From NCBI GenBank assembly GCA_947258795.1, contig CAMYJU010000009.1:37407-101406 (forward strand): a DNA stretch of 64,000 bases. The letters are read 5' to 3'. Positions 10,200 through 20,359 of this stretch are shown piece after piece; the first letter of the stretch is position 1; each line of letters begins with the position of its first letter. A model generated the notes under the pieces. That model was not told the DNA's origin. It worked only from the letters and a program-made list of their open reading frames with translations, and ran no database searches. Source of the DNA: an uncultured Gammaproteobacteria bacterium. Its GTDB lineage: Bacteria > Pseudomonadota > Gammaproteobacteria > DRJJ01. Made by a program: the position numbers and the translations under genes.

Positions 10200-10856
10200 C
10201 TATTTACGTGCTTCATTCATGCGCTGACGAAAGCGTTTGGCATAAAATTCAAAGGTTTTCTGTATCGTATCCCATGATGGCTTTTCATCCTCACCACCTT
10301 TATGTGGTTGCGTATCTACCAATACGCCGACTTGCTCGCCTGTTTTGCCATCGATGAGTTCTGCTTCAATACTGGCTTTCACCAGATTGATATTTTTACC
10401 AGCTGATGACTGAACACCGGACGCGACCATGCCTATTGGCGTATAACTGAATAAACCTTTTTTCTTCTTCTTTAGTTTCACATTGGTAATTGCTATTCGC
10501 ATACGTAATACGCCTGCGCCTTGCTGGCCTACAACAGGATATTCGGGCTCAAGATTTTGTATAATTGTCTCACGGAAACTATGCGCCAGGATCATTAACT
10601 CATCCGGGTCAATCCCTTTATACTTGGAATTTGGGTCAATAAAGATGGTGATCGGATCAATCATAACCTTTGTATAAGCAGATAGATCATAGCCAGGTTT
10701 TTCATAGATATGAGCACCTGCACGATCTTTATCTGGCTTAAGATCTGGATATTTATCTAAAAAGCCGGAGTAACCGCCTGCAGTTGCTGTGGCCGTTAAA
10801 AATAAGATGCCGAATACAAGCGCGATTAATGTAAAGAATTTATTCCAAATACTCAT
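10200..10856 (-). CDS. DUF3313 family periplasmic protein (second paralog)
   Basis: Motifs YSGFLDKYPDL, GAGVLRMRIAITNV and IEAELIDGKTGEQV; start MSIWNK after RBS AAGGAG. Confidence 0.8.
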   Translation of the reverse strand: MSIWNKFFTLIALVFGILFLTATATAGGYSGFLDKYPDLKPDKDRAGAHIYEKPGYDLSAYTKVMIDPITIFIDPNSKYKGIDPDELMILAHSFRETIIQNLEPEYPVVGQQGAGVLRMRIAITNVKLKKKKKGLFSYTPIGMVASGVQSSAGKNINLVKASIEAELIDGKTGEQVGVLVDTQPHKGGEDEKPSWDTIQKTFEFYAKRFRQRMNEARK

Positions 10857-10959
10857 AATATTCTCCTTAATATTTAATTCTTTTTTACTATAACAACATG
10901 AAAAGAGTTGCAATATTCTAACCATGTACATATCTGTACTCCTGAATACCACTATCATC

Positions 10960-13900
10960 CTATGCATTGGGTACTTTATAAAAAGTGGCATATAATACTG
11001 GTACGACAATCAAAGTCAGTACCGTAGCAAAGCCCAAACCAAACATCAGGGTAACGGCCATTGATACAAAAAACGCATCCTTTAGCAATGGAATCAGACC
11101 CAGTATTGTTGTGGCAGCAGCCATCACGACCGGGATCAAACGGCTGACACCAGAATCCACAATAGCGTGGAAAGCCTCTTTCCCAGATGCCAGTTGGGTA
11201 TCAATCTCATCGATCAAAACGATCGCATTTTTTATCAACATCCCTGAAAGGCTCATCAGTCCCAGAACCGACATAAAGCCAAAGGGTTGATTCAGTAATA
11301 ACAGGCCTGCGGTGACACCAATCAATGACAGAGGTACAGTCAACCAGATAATTAACGTTTTTTTAATTGAGTTAAACAACCACAACACAATGATAACCAT
11401 TAGCCCGAAAAAGATCGGTATTTGCTCTCCAAGGCTAGCATTAGCCTTGGCAGAGTCCTCTAGCTCACCACCCCAGGCCATGTAGTACCCAGGTTTGCCT
11501 TTAATTGGCCATTTGTTGTCTTCCGTAACAGTCAGGGTTGTATGAGTGTGTTGTTCTGGTTGTCGACCAAGGACTGCCTCGAGATCTACATTTAACGCCT
11601 GTTCTACTCTGGGTTTTAACGTTTTCATCAATTCGCTGGGCAGGCCCGTTCTTGGATCAGCATGTATTTTTAGCATCTTGGCACGATTACGCCGCCAAAT
11701 ATGTGGATTCTCAAATTCCGTGACAAAGCCTGTGACAACCTGATCTGCAGGAATCATGGTTTGTGCAGCGGGGCTCCATACCTGGATACCGCCGAGATTA
11801 TCCAGATCCACCCTTTCATGCTCAGGTGAACGCGCAATAATGGGCAACAGCTCATCACGCTCCCGATACACTCCCGCCGCAGTACCTTCGACGGCTGCTT
11901 CCAGGGCGTGTGCCAATTGTGGTCGATCGATACCGACCTGCCGTGCCTGTGCCTCTGACATTTGCGGCCGAACCACTTTAACCTGGGTGCGCCACTCATT
12001 CCGAACTGCCTTGGCATTTGGTTCGTCAAGCATAACCTGTTCAGCTATTGTGCCAAACTTACGTATTTCTTCTGCATCTGGGCCGTATATGCGTAGCTGT
12101 ATTTTTCCACCCGTAGATGGGCCATTAACAAACATACGCACGGAGACATTGACATCAGGAAATCGCTGTTCGAGTTCTGTCTGCAGGCCTTCAGTCATAT
12201 CACTTATGATGCTGTAGTTTTCAACACTGACGAGAGTTCGTGCAAAACTATGATAAGGATATTCACCTGAATAGGTCAGCAGCATACGCGGGTTACTTCC
12301 ACCAATTTCAGTAGCCACCCCAGTTACACCTTCTTTAGATTGAAGATGTTCCTCTGCTTCCTTCATGCGAAGAGTGGTTTCATCAATATGCGTGCCTTCA
12401 GGAAACCAGTAGTCAACATAGAATTGTGGTCGGGTAGAATCAGGGAAAAAACTCTGTTTTACATAACCAAAACCAAAAAGTGCCGTAGCAAATATCACGA
12501 TTACAACAACAAGAGTAGCCCAGCGATTACGGATACTGCGACCCAGAATTTGACGGTATAAGACATAAAATTTACCAGCATATGGATCCTGACTTCCACC
12601 AGCACTGGCTTTCTTACCCATAAGAAAATGTTTACAAAACAGTGGCGTGCTTGTCACTGCTGTCAGCCAGCTAAGCATCAGTGAAATCAGGATGACGGTA
12701 AACAAAGCCCTGGTATATTCACCGGTACTGTCCGGTGAGGTACCTATTGAGGCAAAGGCGGTTACCGCTACCACAGTTGCGCCTAGCAAGGGTATCCCTG
12801 TCTGCCCTACAACCTTAGATGAGGCTGTAAAGGCATCCATACCTTGCTGCATACGCACACGAATACCATCTGTAACGACTATCGCGTTATCGACCAGCAT
12901 ACCCAGGGCAATAACCAAAGCGCCGAGTGAAATACGCTCGAGGGTGATATCCAGCATATCCATAAAAATAAAGGTGCCGGATATTGTAATGAACAGGATG
13001 GAGCCTATAATCAGGCCGCTTCGTAGCCCCATAAAGAATAGCAATACAACAACAACAATAACAACAGCCTCGATCAGGCTTACCAGAAATCCTTTAATAG
13101 CTACTGTGACGGCATCTGATTGCAATGCGATAACATGAAATTCTACTCCAAGGGGCATAACCGGCGTTAACGATTGTAACCGCTCCTTCAGCTTTTCCCC
13201 CATGGTAACCACATTACCACCAAAGACCGTCGAAATGCCAAGACCAATAGCGGGATCTCCATCATAGCGGAGTAGGTTTTTTGCTGGCTGCTGATAATCT
13301 CGCTTTATCTCTGCTACATCTTTGAGGTAAACCAGACGTTTACCTGGACCTCGGCTGCTAATCAACAAATCACCGAACTCTTTTTCAGACTTGAATTCAC
13401 CGGTAGGACTGACAGTAATATATTCAGAGCCAATAGTAATATTACCGGATGTCACAGGCAGATTTTTAGAGGACAATGCCCGAAAGATATCCTCAGGGGA
13501 AATACCAAATTCGGCCATCTTGTCACGGCTCATCTCGACATATACGGCTTCTTTTTGTACGCCATGCAGAATAATACGCTTGACATCCTTGACGGTCAGC
13601 AACTCTCTTTGCAGGAACTTGGCAAACTCATGCATCTCTTTCTGATTATAGCCATCACCTGTCAAGGCAAGATAAATACCATAAACATCACCGAAATCAT
13701 CATTGACCAAAGAAGGCCCAGCTCCAGGCGGTAGTTTACTCTGCGCGTCGTTTACCTTACGACGTAACTCGTCCCATACCTGCGGAAGAGAATCTTTATC
13801 GTATTTTTTCTTGATATACGTCTTAACAATAGAAAGACCACGTGAAGAACGTGATTCGACATAATCAAGCTGGCCAAGCTCCTGAGCTGCTTTTTCAATA

Positions 13901-14097
13901 ACGTTGCTAACCTCTTCTTCGACTTCTGCAGCAGATGCACCGGGATATGGGGTAAAAACTACCGCTTCCTTGATTGTGAATTCCGGGTCCTCGAGTCGTG
14001 ATAACTTTCCAAATGAGCTAATGCCCACGACCAACATCAGGATGGTCATTACCCAGGTAATAACACTCTTATTAAGACTCCATTCGGCAATATTCAT
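10960..14097 (-). CDS. RND efflux permease (AcrB/AcrD/AcrF family)
   Basis: 1045 aa; EDPEFTIK, TPYPGASAAEVE, GMLVDNAIVV and KNAIVLID motifs. Confidence 0.95.
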   Translation of the reverse strand: MNIAEWSLNKSVITWVMTILMLVVGISSFGKLSRLEDPEFTIKEAVVFTPYPGASAAEVEEEVSNVIEKAAQELGQLDYVESRSSRGLSIVKTYIKKKYDKDSLPQVWDELRRKVNDAQSKLPPGAGPSLVNDDFGDVYGIYLALTGDGYNQKEMHEFAKFLQRELLTVKDVKRIILHGVQKEAVYVEMSRDKMAEFGISPEDIFRALSSKNLPVTSGNITIGSEYITVSPTGEFKSEKEFGDLLISSRGPGKRLVYLKDVAEIKRDYQQPAKNLLRYDGDPAIGLGISTVFGGNVVTMGEKLKERLQSLTPVMPLGVEFHVIALQSDAVTVAIKGFLVSLIEAVVIVVVVLLFFMGLRSGLIIGSILFITISGTFIFMDMLDITLERISLGALVIALGMLVDNAIVVTDGIRVRMQQGMDAFTASSKVVGQTGIPLLGATVVAVTAFASIGTSPDSTGEYTRALFTVILISLMLSWLTAVTSTPLFCKHFLMGKKASAGGSQDPYAGKFYVLYRQILGRSIRNRWATLVVVIVIFATALFGFGYVKQSFFPDSTRPQFYVDYWFPEGTHIDETTLRMKEAEEHLQSKEGVTGVATEIGGSNPRMLLTYSGEYPYHSFARTLVSVENYSIISDMTEGLQTELEQRFPDVNVSVRMFVNGPSTGGKIQLRIYGPDAEEIRKFGTIAEQVMLDEPNAKAVRNEWRTQVKVVRPQMSEAQARQVGIDRPQLAHALEAAVEGTAAGVYRERDELLPIIARSPEHERVDLDNLGGIQVWSPAAQTMIPADQVVTGFVTEFENPHIWRRNRAKMLKIHADPRTGLPSELMKTLKPRVEQALNVDLEAVLGRQPEQHTHTTLTVTEDNKWPIKGKPGYYMAWGGELEDSAKANASLGEQIPIFFGLMVIIVLWLFNSIKKTLIIWLTVPLSLIGVTAGLLLLNQPFGFMSVLGLMSLSGMLIKNAIVLIDEIDTQLASGKEAFHAIVDSGVSRLIPVVMAAATTILGLIPLLKDAFFVSMAVTLMFGLGFATVLTLIVVPVLYATFYKVPNA

Positions 14098-15176
14098 CAG
14101 AATGCAACCTTCTCAATTGGTCTAACCTCTACACCCTCACGTAGTGTATTAACAGCGGTTATCGCAATTATTTCGCCTGGTTGCAGGCCGCTGCTTATAC
14201 GGATATCACCACTGCCAGTTAATTCGCCTGTTATCACTTTACGCTTTTTGACTTTATTGCTACTTTGATCAACGACCCATACATGCGCTTCACCATTATC
14301 GTCCGAAAAGACTGCGACATAAGGGATAATGATGCCGCGTTGCTGACTGTCTTCATCTGATAATTGCCTCTCAACAAATACAGTAGCCGTCATCCCGGGC
14401 AATATATTGGCACTATCCGGTTGTGGCATACCAAGTACATATTCAAAAGTTTGCGTTTTTTCATCTGCTTCAGTCGAAAACTCCTTAATTTGCAGCTCAT
14501 ATTTATTATCTGGAGCCGCTTCAAACATGGCATAAATTTCCAATACACCTTTGCCTTTACTCCCAGCTACTAACCTTTCAGGCACATTAACGACTATCTC
14601 GAGACTGGATGGATCCTGAAAACTGACAACGGCCTCTTTGGCTTGTATATCCTGAAAATTCTGCACATATTGCTTGGCAATCACCCCAGAGAACGGTGCA
14701 ATCAGTTTCGTATCTTTTAATGCTTTTCTAGCCTTCTGTAACTCTGACTTGTTAACGCCATACTGCGCCTTAATCCTGTCATAATCCAGTTCCGATATAT
14801 AATTCTTTTTTATTAATTCGTTGGCACGCTCCAGGTTCGCCTTGCTTTTAGTAAAATTGGCTTGTGATGCGCTAACTGTACTTCGATAGTCTTTATCATT
14901 CAGTCGACCAATTAAATCACCTTTATTCATTTTTTGACCTTCCTTGATTGGTAGCTCAACAATTTGGCCAGGTACCTGAAATGATAAGTCAACACGATCT
15001 GATGCTCGCACCTTACCAGGAAATTGGCGACGCGCAATACTCTCACCGCCTTTCAGAATCATAACCTTGACAGGTCTAACTAAAGGTTTCGAGGGTGCAT
15101 CTTCTTGTTTATCGCAGCCCTGTGTTGCCAGGGCAGTCATTAATGCAAAACCAGAAACTAATCTACTTACTCGCAT
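14097..15176 (-). CDS. RND periplasmic adaptor (MFP), lipoprotein
   Basis: Lipobox TQGC; DLSFQVPGQI, LIAPFSGVI and ILPGMTATV motifs. Overlaps the permease start. Confidence 0.95.
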   Translation of the reverse strand: MRVSRLVSGFALMTALATQGCDKQEDAPSKPLVRPVKVMILKGGESIARRQFPGKVRASDRVDLSFQVPGQIVELPIKEGQKMNKGDLIGRLNDKDYRSTVSASQANFTKSKANLERANELIKKNYISELDYDRIKAQYGVNKSELQKARKALKDTKLIAPFSGVIAKQYVQNFQDIQAKEAVVSFQDPSSLEIVVNVPERLVAGSKGKGVLEIYAMFEAAPDNKYELQIKEFSTEADEKTQTFEYVLGMPQPDSANILPGMTATVFVERQLSDEDSQQRGIIIPYVAVFSDDNGEAHVWVVDQSSNKVKKRKVITGELTGSGDIRISSGLQPGEIIAITAVNTLREGVEVRPIEKVAF

Positions 15177-15330
15177 TGTATTTATCCCTTAATTATATGT
15201 ACTTTATATTACTGGCTAAGCCAATGGCTTTTATAATTTATATTTCATAGATAAACTTCATATATAGTTAGTAATCTATGTAATAAATTCATCTAATCAA
15301 AATAGTTAATAGTCCTTCAATATCAACATC

Positions 15331-16707
15331 TCAAAGTATTGGGACCTCATAATTCACGATTATACGATAGTCATCCAGATCCACTGCACCAATGACATCA
15401 TTATCCTGGTCTATAAATGCGGCACGGGCACGAAGCCATAGTCCTTCAAACGGCCCTTCCTGAAACCGATAGTCAACTGTAACGTTAAGCTCATCCTGGT
15501 CAGGTGAAACATTGGTACCGCTGTCCGGTGTATTACCTTTTGCGAAATTAATAAAACCACTTAATCCCGGTAACCTAACTTTGGTAAAGTCATATGATAA
15601 ACCCAATAACCATCCTTGCTCTTCTGCACGATTAAAATCATTTATGATGATGGACAAATATCCCGGATAGCCGCCAAATGGACTACGAATGCCGGAATTA
15701 TCATCTGTCGAGGTATGCGTCAATGTCAAAGTGGCATAACGATAGCTTACCGCCGCCTTGATGCCATAAACATATGTATCAAAATCACCACCCAACTCAT
15801 TACCAACACTACGCTGATCAGTATATTGAGCAGCGAGTTTTAACGCCAGGTCGTCACTGAACCTCCAGACAGCGCTCCCTTCCGCATAAAAGTTATTCAT
15901 GAATTCCCATGCATACTGGTTAATCGCACCAATCGTAATGCCCTCCTGTAGGGTATAACGTGCACCAAGCATGGTGAGCGGTTCTTTAGTTCCAGGAAAA
16001 CCGGCCGCTTCAGATATATAGATGAACTTGTCATCATTACGACGTTTCATTTTTGTGACATGTGATATGCCAAATGCTATATTTTTCAACCTATCATTTA
16101 TTAGCGTATATGCTTCAAAAGTATTCGGCAGCATGCGCGAATCCTGTCGATTCACATATGGAACATCGAAGGTTTGTCTATAAAGACGGGCTCTTATGTC
16201 TTTGCTTATCTTTGCCTCCAGATAGGCCTCTCCAGTCACGCTGAAACTTTGTTGTCCCGTCTGCAGTAATAGTGTCCCATCCTTATCATCTGATCCATGC
16301 AATTTTTGTGATGTAAACCAGGCTGCCCCAATCTTAATGCGATCATGCCACCATCCGGAACGATAGCGAAATTGTCCTCCCAGCGCTATTGCACCAATAT
16401 CTGTAGCGCCATCACGTATCCGATTAAGAGAATAGAGTCGTGGCAACAGAATCAGCTCGGTATCACGCCAGAATGGTGGCGCCACTTTCATGCGCTCTCT
16501 CAATTGTGGGAAAATTGATGGGCGTCTAACTTCTGGTGTAAATGCCTCCTCGATAGGCCCCAGAGCTTGCTCAACTGATGGTGCCACCGGCTGCTCTCCG
16601 CTGAGATACTCTGGCTCAGTTGCATGTACTGGTCTTATTGGCGTTAAAAGGATGATAACGATCAAGTAATAGCGACCATTAATTGTGCTGCACATCATAA
16701 TAACCAT
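15331..16707 (-). CDS. OprD-family outer-membrane porin
   Basis: DSRMLPNTFEAY, DFNRAEE and GLWLRARAA motifs; terminal DYRIIVNYEVPIL. Exact start uncertain. Confidence 0.85.
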   Translation of the reverse strand: MVIMMCSTINGRYYLIVIILLTPIRPVHATEPEYLSGEQPVAPSVEQALGPIEEAFTPEVRRPSIFPQLRERMKVAPPFWRDTELILLPRLYSLNRIRDGATDIGAIALGGQFRYRSGWWHDRIKIGAAWFTSQKLHGSDDKDGTLLLQTGQQSFSVTGEAYLEAKISKDIRARLYRQTFDVPYVNRQDSRMLPNTFEAYTLINDRLKNIAFGISHVTKMKRRNDDKFIYISEAAGFPGTKEPLTMLGARYTLQEGITIGAINQYAWEFMNNFYAEGSAVWRFSDDLALKLAAQYTDQRSVGNELGGDFDTYVYGIKAAVSYRYATLTLTHTSTDDNSGIRSPFGGYPGYLSIIINDFNRAEEQGWLLGLSYDFTKVRLPGLSGFINFAKGNTPDSGTNVSPDQDELNVTVDYRFQEGPFEGLWLRARAAFIDQDNDVIGAVDLDDYRIIVNYEVPIL

Positions 16708-17165
16708 TTTTTAATCACGCCAATAAAGAATTTGATTGTTGCCACATTCAACAAGTCAATAAAGAATGCACCCACTAATGGTACAACCAGGTATGCTTTT
16801 GCTGATGGACCAAATCGTGAAGTAACAGAACGCCTATTGGCGATTGCAACTGGAGTTGTACCCAGCCCCAGTCCGGCGAATCCGGATACAATAACGGCTG
16901 TAACATATTCCCTCCCCATTACCCAGAAAACAATATGAATTGCAAATACAGTCATCACCAGCATTTGAATAATAAATACAAAGGTGATCTGGCCAAATGC
17001 GCTTGCTAACGTCCATAGTTGTATACTAATCAGGCTCATACTCAGTAATATATTTAGTGAGACCTCGCCGAATTTTTCTACCGTTAATGCCTTGTCCCTT
17101 GATCCTAAAGTTCGCAATATTGTTTCATCCATATACTGGCCTACATACGTTTTGATTAACCGCAC
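16695..17165 (-). pseudogene. gltS: Sodium/glutamate symporter GltS, C-terminal fragment
   Basis: GFAGLGLGTTPVAIAN...GPSAKAYLVVPLVGAFFIDLLN matches the GltS C-terminus. Only ~150 of ~400 aa are present. Confidence 0.8.
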
Positions 17166-17178
17166 ATAAAAACTAAAT

Positions 17179-17541
17179 CTACCCGGTCAATAACCAATGC
17201 TCTGCTGCTTCTGATTCGCCATCCTTGAAATATTCAATAGGAAATGGGCGTAAACCCTTTAAGGTAAAGGCATAAGCAAGATCTTCCCATTTTCTGTCAC
17301 CAACGATAGCTATTTTTTCTATATACCTGTCATTCCTCTCGGCAAATGAGAAATCATCCCAGCCTTCTGCCTTTTCCCATCCGCTAAAATTATCCAGGAT
17401 AATGAGTATCTTTATTCCACCTAGTTTCTGAATTACAAGATCTGCCTGATTCTGGGCCAGTTGTAACTCATCTATACTGAGTTTACCTGACACAGTAAAT
17501 ACTCCCAGGTTACTTGTACCTAATTTCCAACTAACTGGCAT
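17179..17541 (-). CDS. SpoIIAA-like (STAS/SEC14) protein
   Basis: SGKLS...ILIILDNFSGWE...IEKIAIVGDRKWE...IEYF...AEHWL. Confidence 0.85.
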   Translation of the reverse strand: MPVSWKLGTSNLGVFTVSGKLSIDELQLAQNQADLVIQKLGGIKILIILDNFSGWEKAEGWDDFSFAERNDRYIEKIAIVGDRKWEDLAYAFTLKGLRPFPIEYFKDGESEAAEHWLLTG

Positions 17542-17605
17542 ATTGAATATGCCCCATGTTAATAATTAATAAAACTTGATAACAGACAACCAAGATATTC
17601 ATATA

Positions 17606-18568
17606 TCAATTACCTTCAAGACGAACTGGTTTCCAGCTCTTGTCAGGATTGAATGAATCCATTTTTATTATCTGCTCATTCGTATTGATACCGAGATCCT
17701 TTTCAAGGATCGTTCCTTCATGACTCATCATAAATGTCATAATACCTGTATTGGCATATTCGGCTGGCCAGGCGATAACAGCGAATCCTGAAATCATATT
17801 ATTATTGATGACATAATTGTATTTTCCACCTGCTGCATTTTCTCCTTGCGATAAAAACACCTTGAAGTAATAGCCCTTGTAGGGTACTTTCGAGCTACTT
17901 TTTGTATCGATAAAGTCTCCAGCATCCGTAACAAATTCTTTAAGCGGGCTTATTTCTGTTCTGGCTGCACCCTCCGCTATCTCCCAATATAGGCCGTTTC
18001 GTTGTCCTGTTTTACTCTTTATTTCCCTGGCAAACTCAAGCACACCGTCATTATCATGGTCTGATTTTGCATATTTTACTTGCGCATCGTATATGGCATC
18101 ACATGCCGAAATAGCAGCGAGTTCATTATGACCTATGCGTCTATTAAGTATTTCCTCAATACCCGCTTCAGTATCAAAGTACCAGCCATCTTCATTTTTA
18201 ATCAATGGAATACTAAATGGCCAATCATTTTTACCTACCAATATCGTTTTTTTATTTGATCCAGTTGATTCAAGTTTGTATTGCTCAGAAATAGCATTAG
18301 AAAGCAGCTTACGACGTACTTTTTCTGCCGCCTTATCTTGAGTATCTATATTAGATTCGTACTGATGCCCGAAAAGATTTAATAGCGCAGGGATATTATT
18401 TTCCCTTAGTGCCGCTTTTAACGCTTCAACAGCGCGCTCTGGTTTCGAAAACATGGCTTGTTTATCTGATTTGGCGCAAGCATAGTTTGATAAAAATCCA
18501 GTATGAAACGCTACCAGCACGATCAATACGAATTTATATAAATCGATATATTTGTTCATAATCATCAC
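17606..18568 (-). CDS. DUF2950 family periplasmic protein
   Basis: WPFSIPLIK...GWYFDTEAGIEEILNRRIGHNEL, PYKGYYFK and AWPAEYANTGIMTF motifs. Confidence 0.9.
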   Translation of the reverse strand: MMIMNKYIDLYKFVLIVLVAFHTGFLSNYACAKSDKQAMFSKPERAVEALKAALRENNIPALLNLFGHQYESNIDTQDKAAEKVRRKLLSNAISEQYKLESTGSNKKTILVGKNDWPFSIPLIKNEDGWYFDTEAGIEEILNRRIGHNELAAISACDAIYDAQVKYAKSDHDNDGVLEFAREIKSKTGQRNGLYWEIAEGAARTEISPLKEFVTDAGDFIDTKSSSKVPYKGYYFKVFLSQGENAAGGKYNYVINNNMISGFAVIAWPAEYANTGIMTFMMSHEGTILEKDLGINTNEQIIKMDSFNPDKSWKPVRLEGN

Positions 18569-18599
18569 CGGTTACACAGAATCGCAAAATGATAATTGG

Positions 18600-19700
18600 T
18601 TAACGTCTACGACCACCACCAGCGCGGCCAGACATACCACGACTACTGAATCCTCGCTGACTACTCATTCTAGTAGAGCGACTGTTAGCATAGGAGCCAC
18701 CAAACATTGAGCCACTACGGTTGTATCCACTTTGACGAGACAGGCTCTGTTGTCGCTGTCTATTAATATCTCTATTTGACTGATTTATACTTGAACGGTA
18801 ACCCTGGTATTGCTGCTGTCGATTCGTTTGCCGTTGAGCTGCTGCTGGACTACGCTCGCTACGACGTGAGTCAGATGTACTCTGCCTTTCTGTTTGACGC
18901 TCTGTGGCTCCTTCTCGGCGTCCTGTTTGACGTTCTGACTGGTCCTCTCGACGACTTTTTTGTCGTTCTTCTATATTACGTTGTGCCTCATCATGTCTTT
19001 CCCTGATAAACTGTTGGCGATCCTCCTGTATCCGGCGAATATCATCGTATACATCATCGCTATAATGAAAATGATGGTGATGCCAGTCAAAATAATGATC
19101 ATCTGCTATCGCGGCACCAATAAATAGACCAACTGCAAAACCAACAAAGGCTGCCTCATATGGATCATCTTGATATACAACCGTTGTACTTGATGGATAA
19201 GAATAATACTGCGGAACATAGATCACTTCCGGTTCAGCCGGAACAATTTTAATCACTTCCTTTTCCACGATAACGACTTGTTTATCACTACTACTTAGTT
19301 CGCCTGCCTCATAGGCAGCGCTTCTTACCCTTTGAATCGCCTCGAGAACTGCCTCCTGATCATTTTTAACTGCCTCACCCAGTTCAACAGTCCAGGATAA
19401 ATTGGTGTTCATCATTTCCAGAACTGGTGGAACAGAAAGCAAGGCCTTGACGGATGGATGCCATTCAGTGTCCGGATTCAAGTTGATATCATCTCCTTGA
19501 GTTCGCAGATAACGTGCTGCTTCTACAATTTGTATTGGATTTTGTGACGCGGGCAAAATCTGCGCAAGTAGCGCATCAGGGTACAATGCCACGGGCTCTA
19601 CTAGTTTATCAAATTTGGCATTTGCCATTGATACTTGCGATAACATCATCATGCTTAAGGATGTAAGAAGAAGAATGCTATTTATAAGGATCTTTAACAT
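18600..19700 (-). CDS. DUF3300 family protein with a low-complexity C-terminal tail
   Basis: LVEPVALYPDALLAQIL, WHPSVKAL and PAEPEVIYVPQY motifs; R/Q/S/G-rich tail. Confidence 0.9.
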   Translation of the reverse strand: MLKILINSILLLTSLSMMMLSQVSMANAKFDKLVEPVALYPDALLAQILPASQNPIQIVEAARYLRTQGDDINLNPDTEWHPSVKALLSVPPVLEMMNTNLSWTVELGEAVKNDQEAVLEAIQRVRSAAYEAGELSSSDKQVVIVEKEVIKIVPAEPEVIYVPQYYSYPSSTTVVYQDDPYEAAFVGFAVGLFIGAAIADDHYFDWHHHHFHYSDDVYDDIRRIQEDRQQFIRERHDEAQRNIEERQKSRREDQSERQTGRREGATERQTERQSTSDSRRSERSPAAAQRQTNRQQQYQGYRSSINQSNRDINRQRQQSLSRQSGYNRSGSMFGGSYANSRSTRMSSQRGFSSRGMSGRAGGGRRR

Positions 19701-19760
19701 TGTATACTCCCTAAACTATGTAATGTCGGAATCCTGGTTGCTCATCTAGACCAGTTTTTC

Positions 19761-20222
19761 TTATTGTTTAGCACCCAGATCCCAAAGACCGGTCTCCTTC
19801 AATGCCGCTATACACGCCTTGCTGGCCTTGGCCTCGTTTTTCCTGATACAGCGCACTATTCGACCTTCACCCGCTTTGACATCCAGGCAAAACTTGTCGG
19901 CATCGACTTCACATGCTCGAACCGAATAATCGATGGCAGCGGCTCCCATCTTGATTGCCATGGCAGCTTCCGCGATACCGAGCTTACAGGTTTCGGACAG
20001 CTTGTCTTCATACGCCATCATGCACAAGAATGCCTTTTCACCGTTCGGATCCAGACCCGGGCAGTATTGCTTAGCATCGGCATCACAACCTTTAATCTGA
20101 GCAGTTATCACAATGACACCTTTTGATAACTTATCTTGCAGATTTTCACCTTCAGCCTGTGCAACATTAAATATAAACGCTGCTGTAATGATTAATACCA
20201 ATATCTTTATCTTGTTGCTCAT
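19761..20222 (-). CDS. Secreted cysteine-rich repeat protein (GLG1-like repeats)
   Basis: Two repeats of CxxDAxxxCxxxxxxxxxxxxC...LSxxC; signal peptide. Confidence 0.8.
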   Translation of the reverse strand: MSNKIKILVLIITAAFIFNVAQAEGENLQDKLSKGVIVITAQIKGCDADAKQYCPGLDPNGEKAFLCMMAYEDKLSETCKLGIAEAAMAIKMGAAAIDYSVRACEVDADKFCLDVKAGEGRIVRCIRKNEAKASKACIAALKETGLWDLGAKQ

Positions 20223-20359
20223 TTATTTTTCCTCGTTCTGGTTCTAGCTAACTCCTTACAATTTATATAATTTATTAACGTTTACTACAAAATCGTAGAT
20301 ATTTAAACTTTTTGTATCTCAGAACTCTTGACTACCTATTAGTAGTTGCTTATCTCTTT

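Noticed and set aside
18840-18980. Periodic repeats in DUF3300 as a possible CRISPR-like array
   Set aside because: They are degenerate coding repeats (ERQ motifs) with no constant repeat-spacer structure; no CRISPR array was seen in the window.
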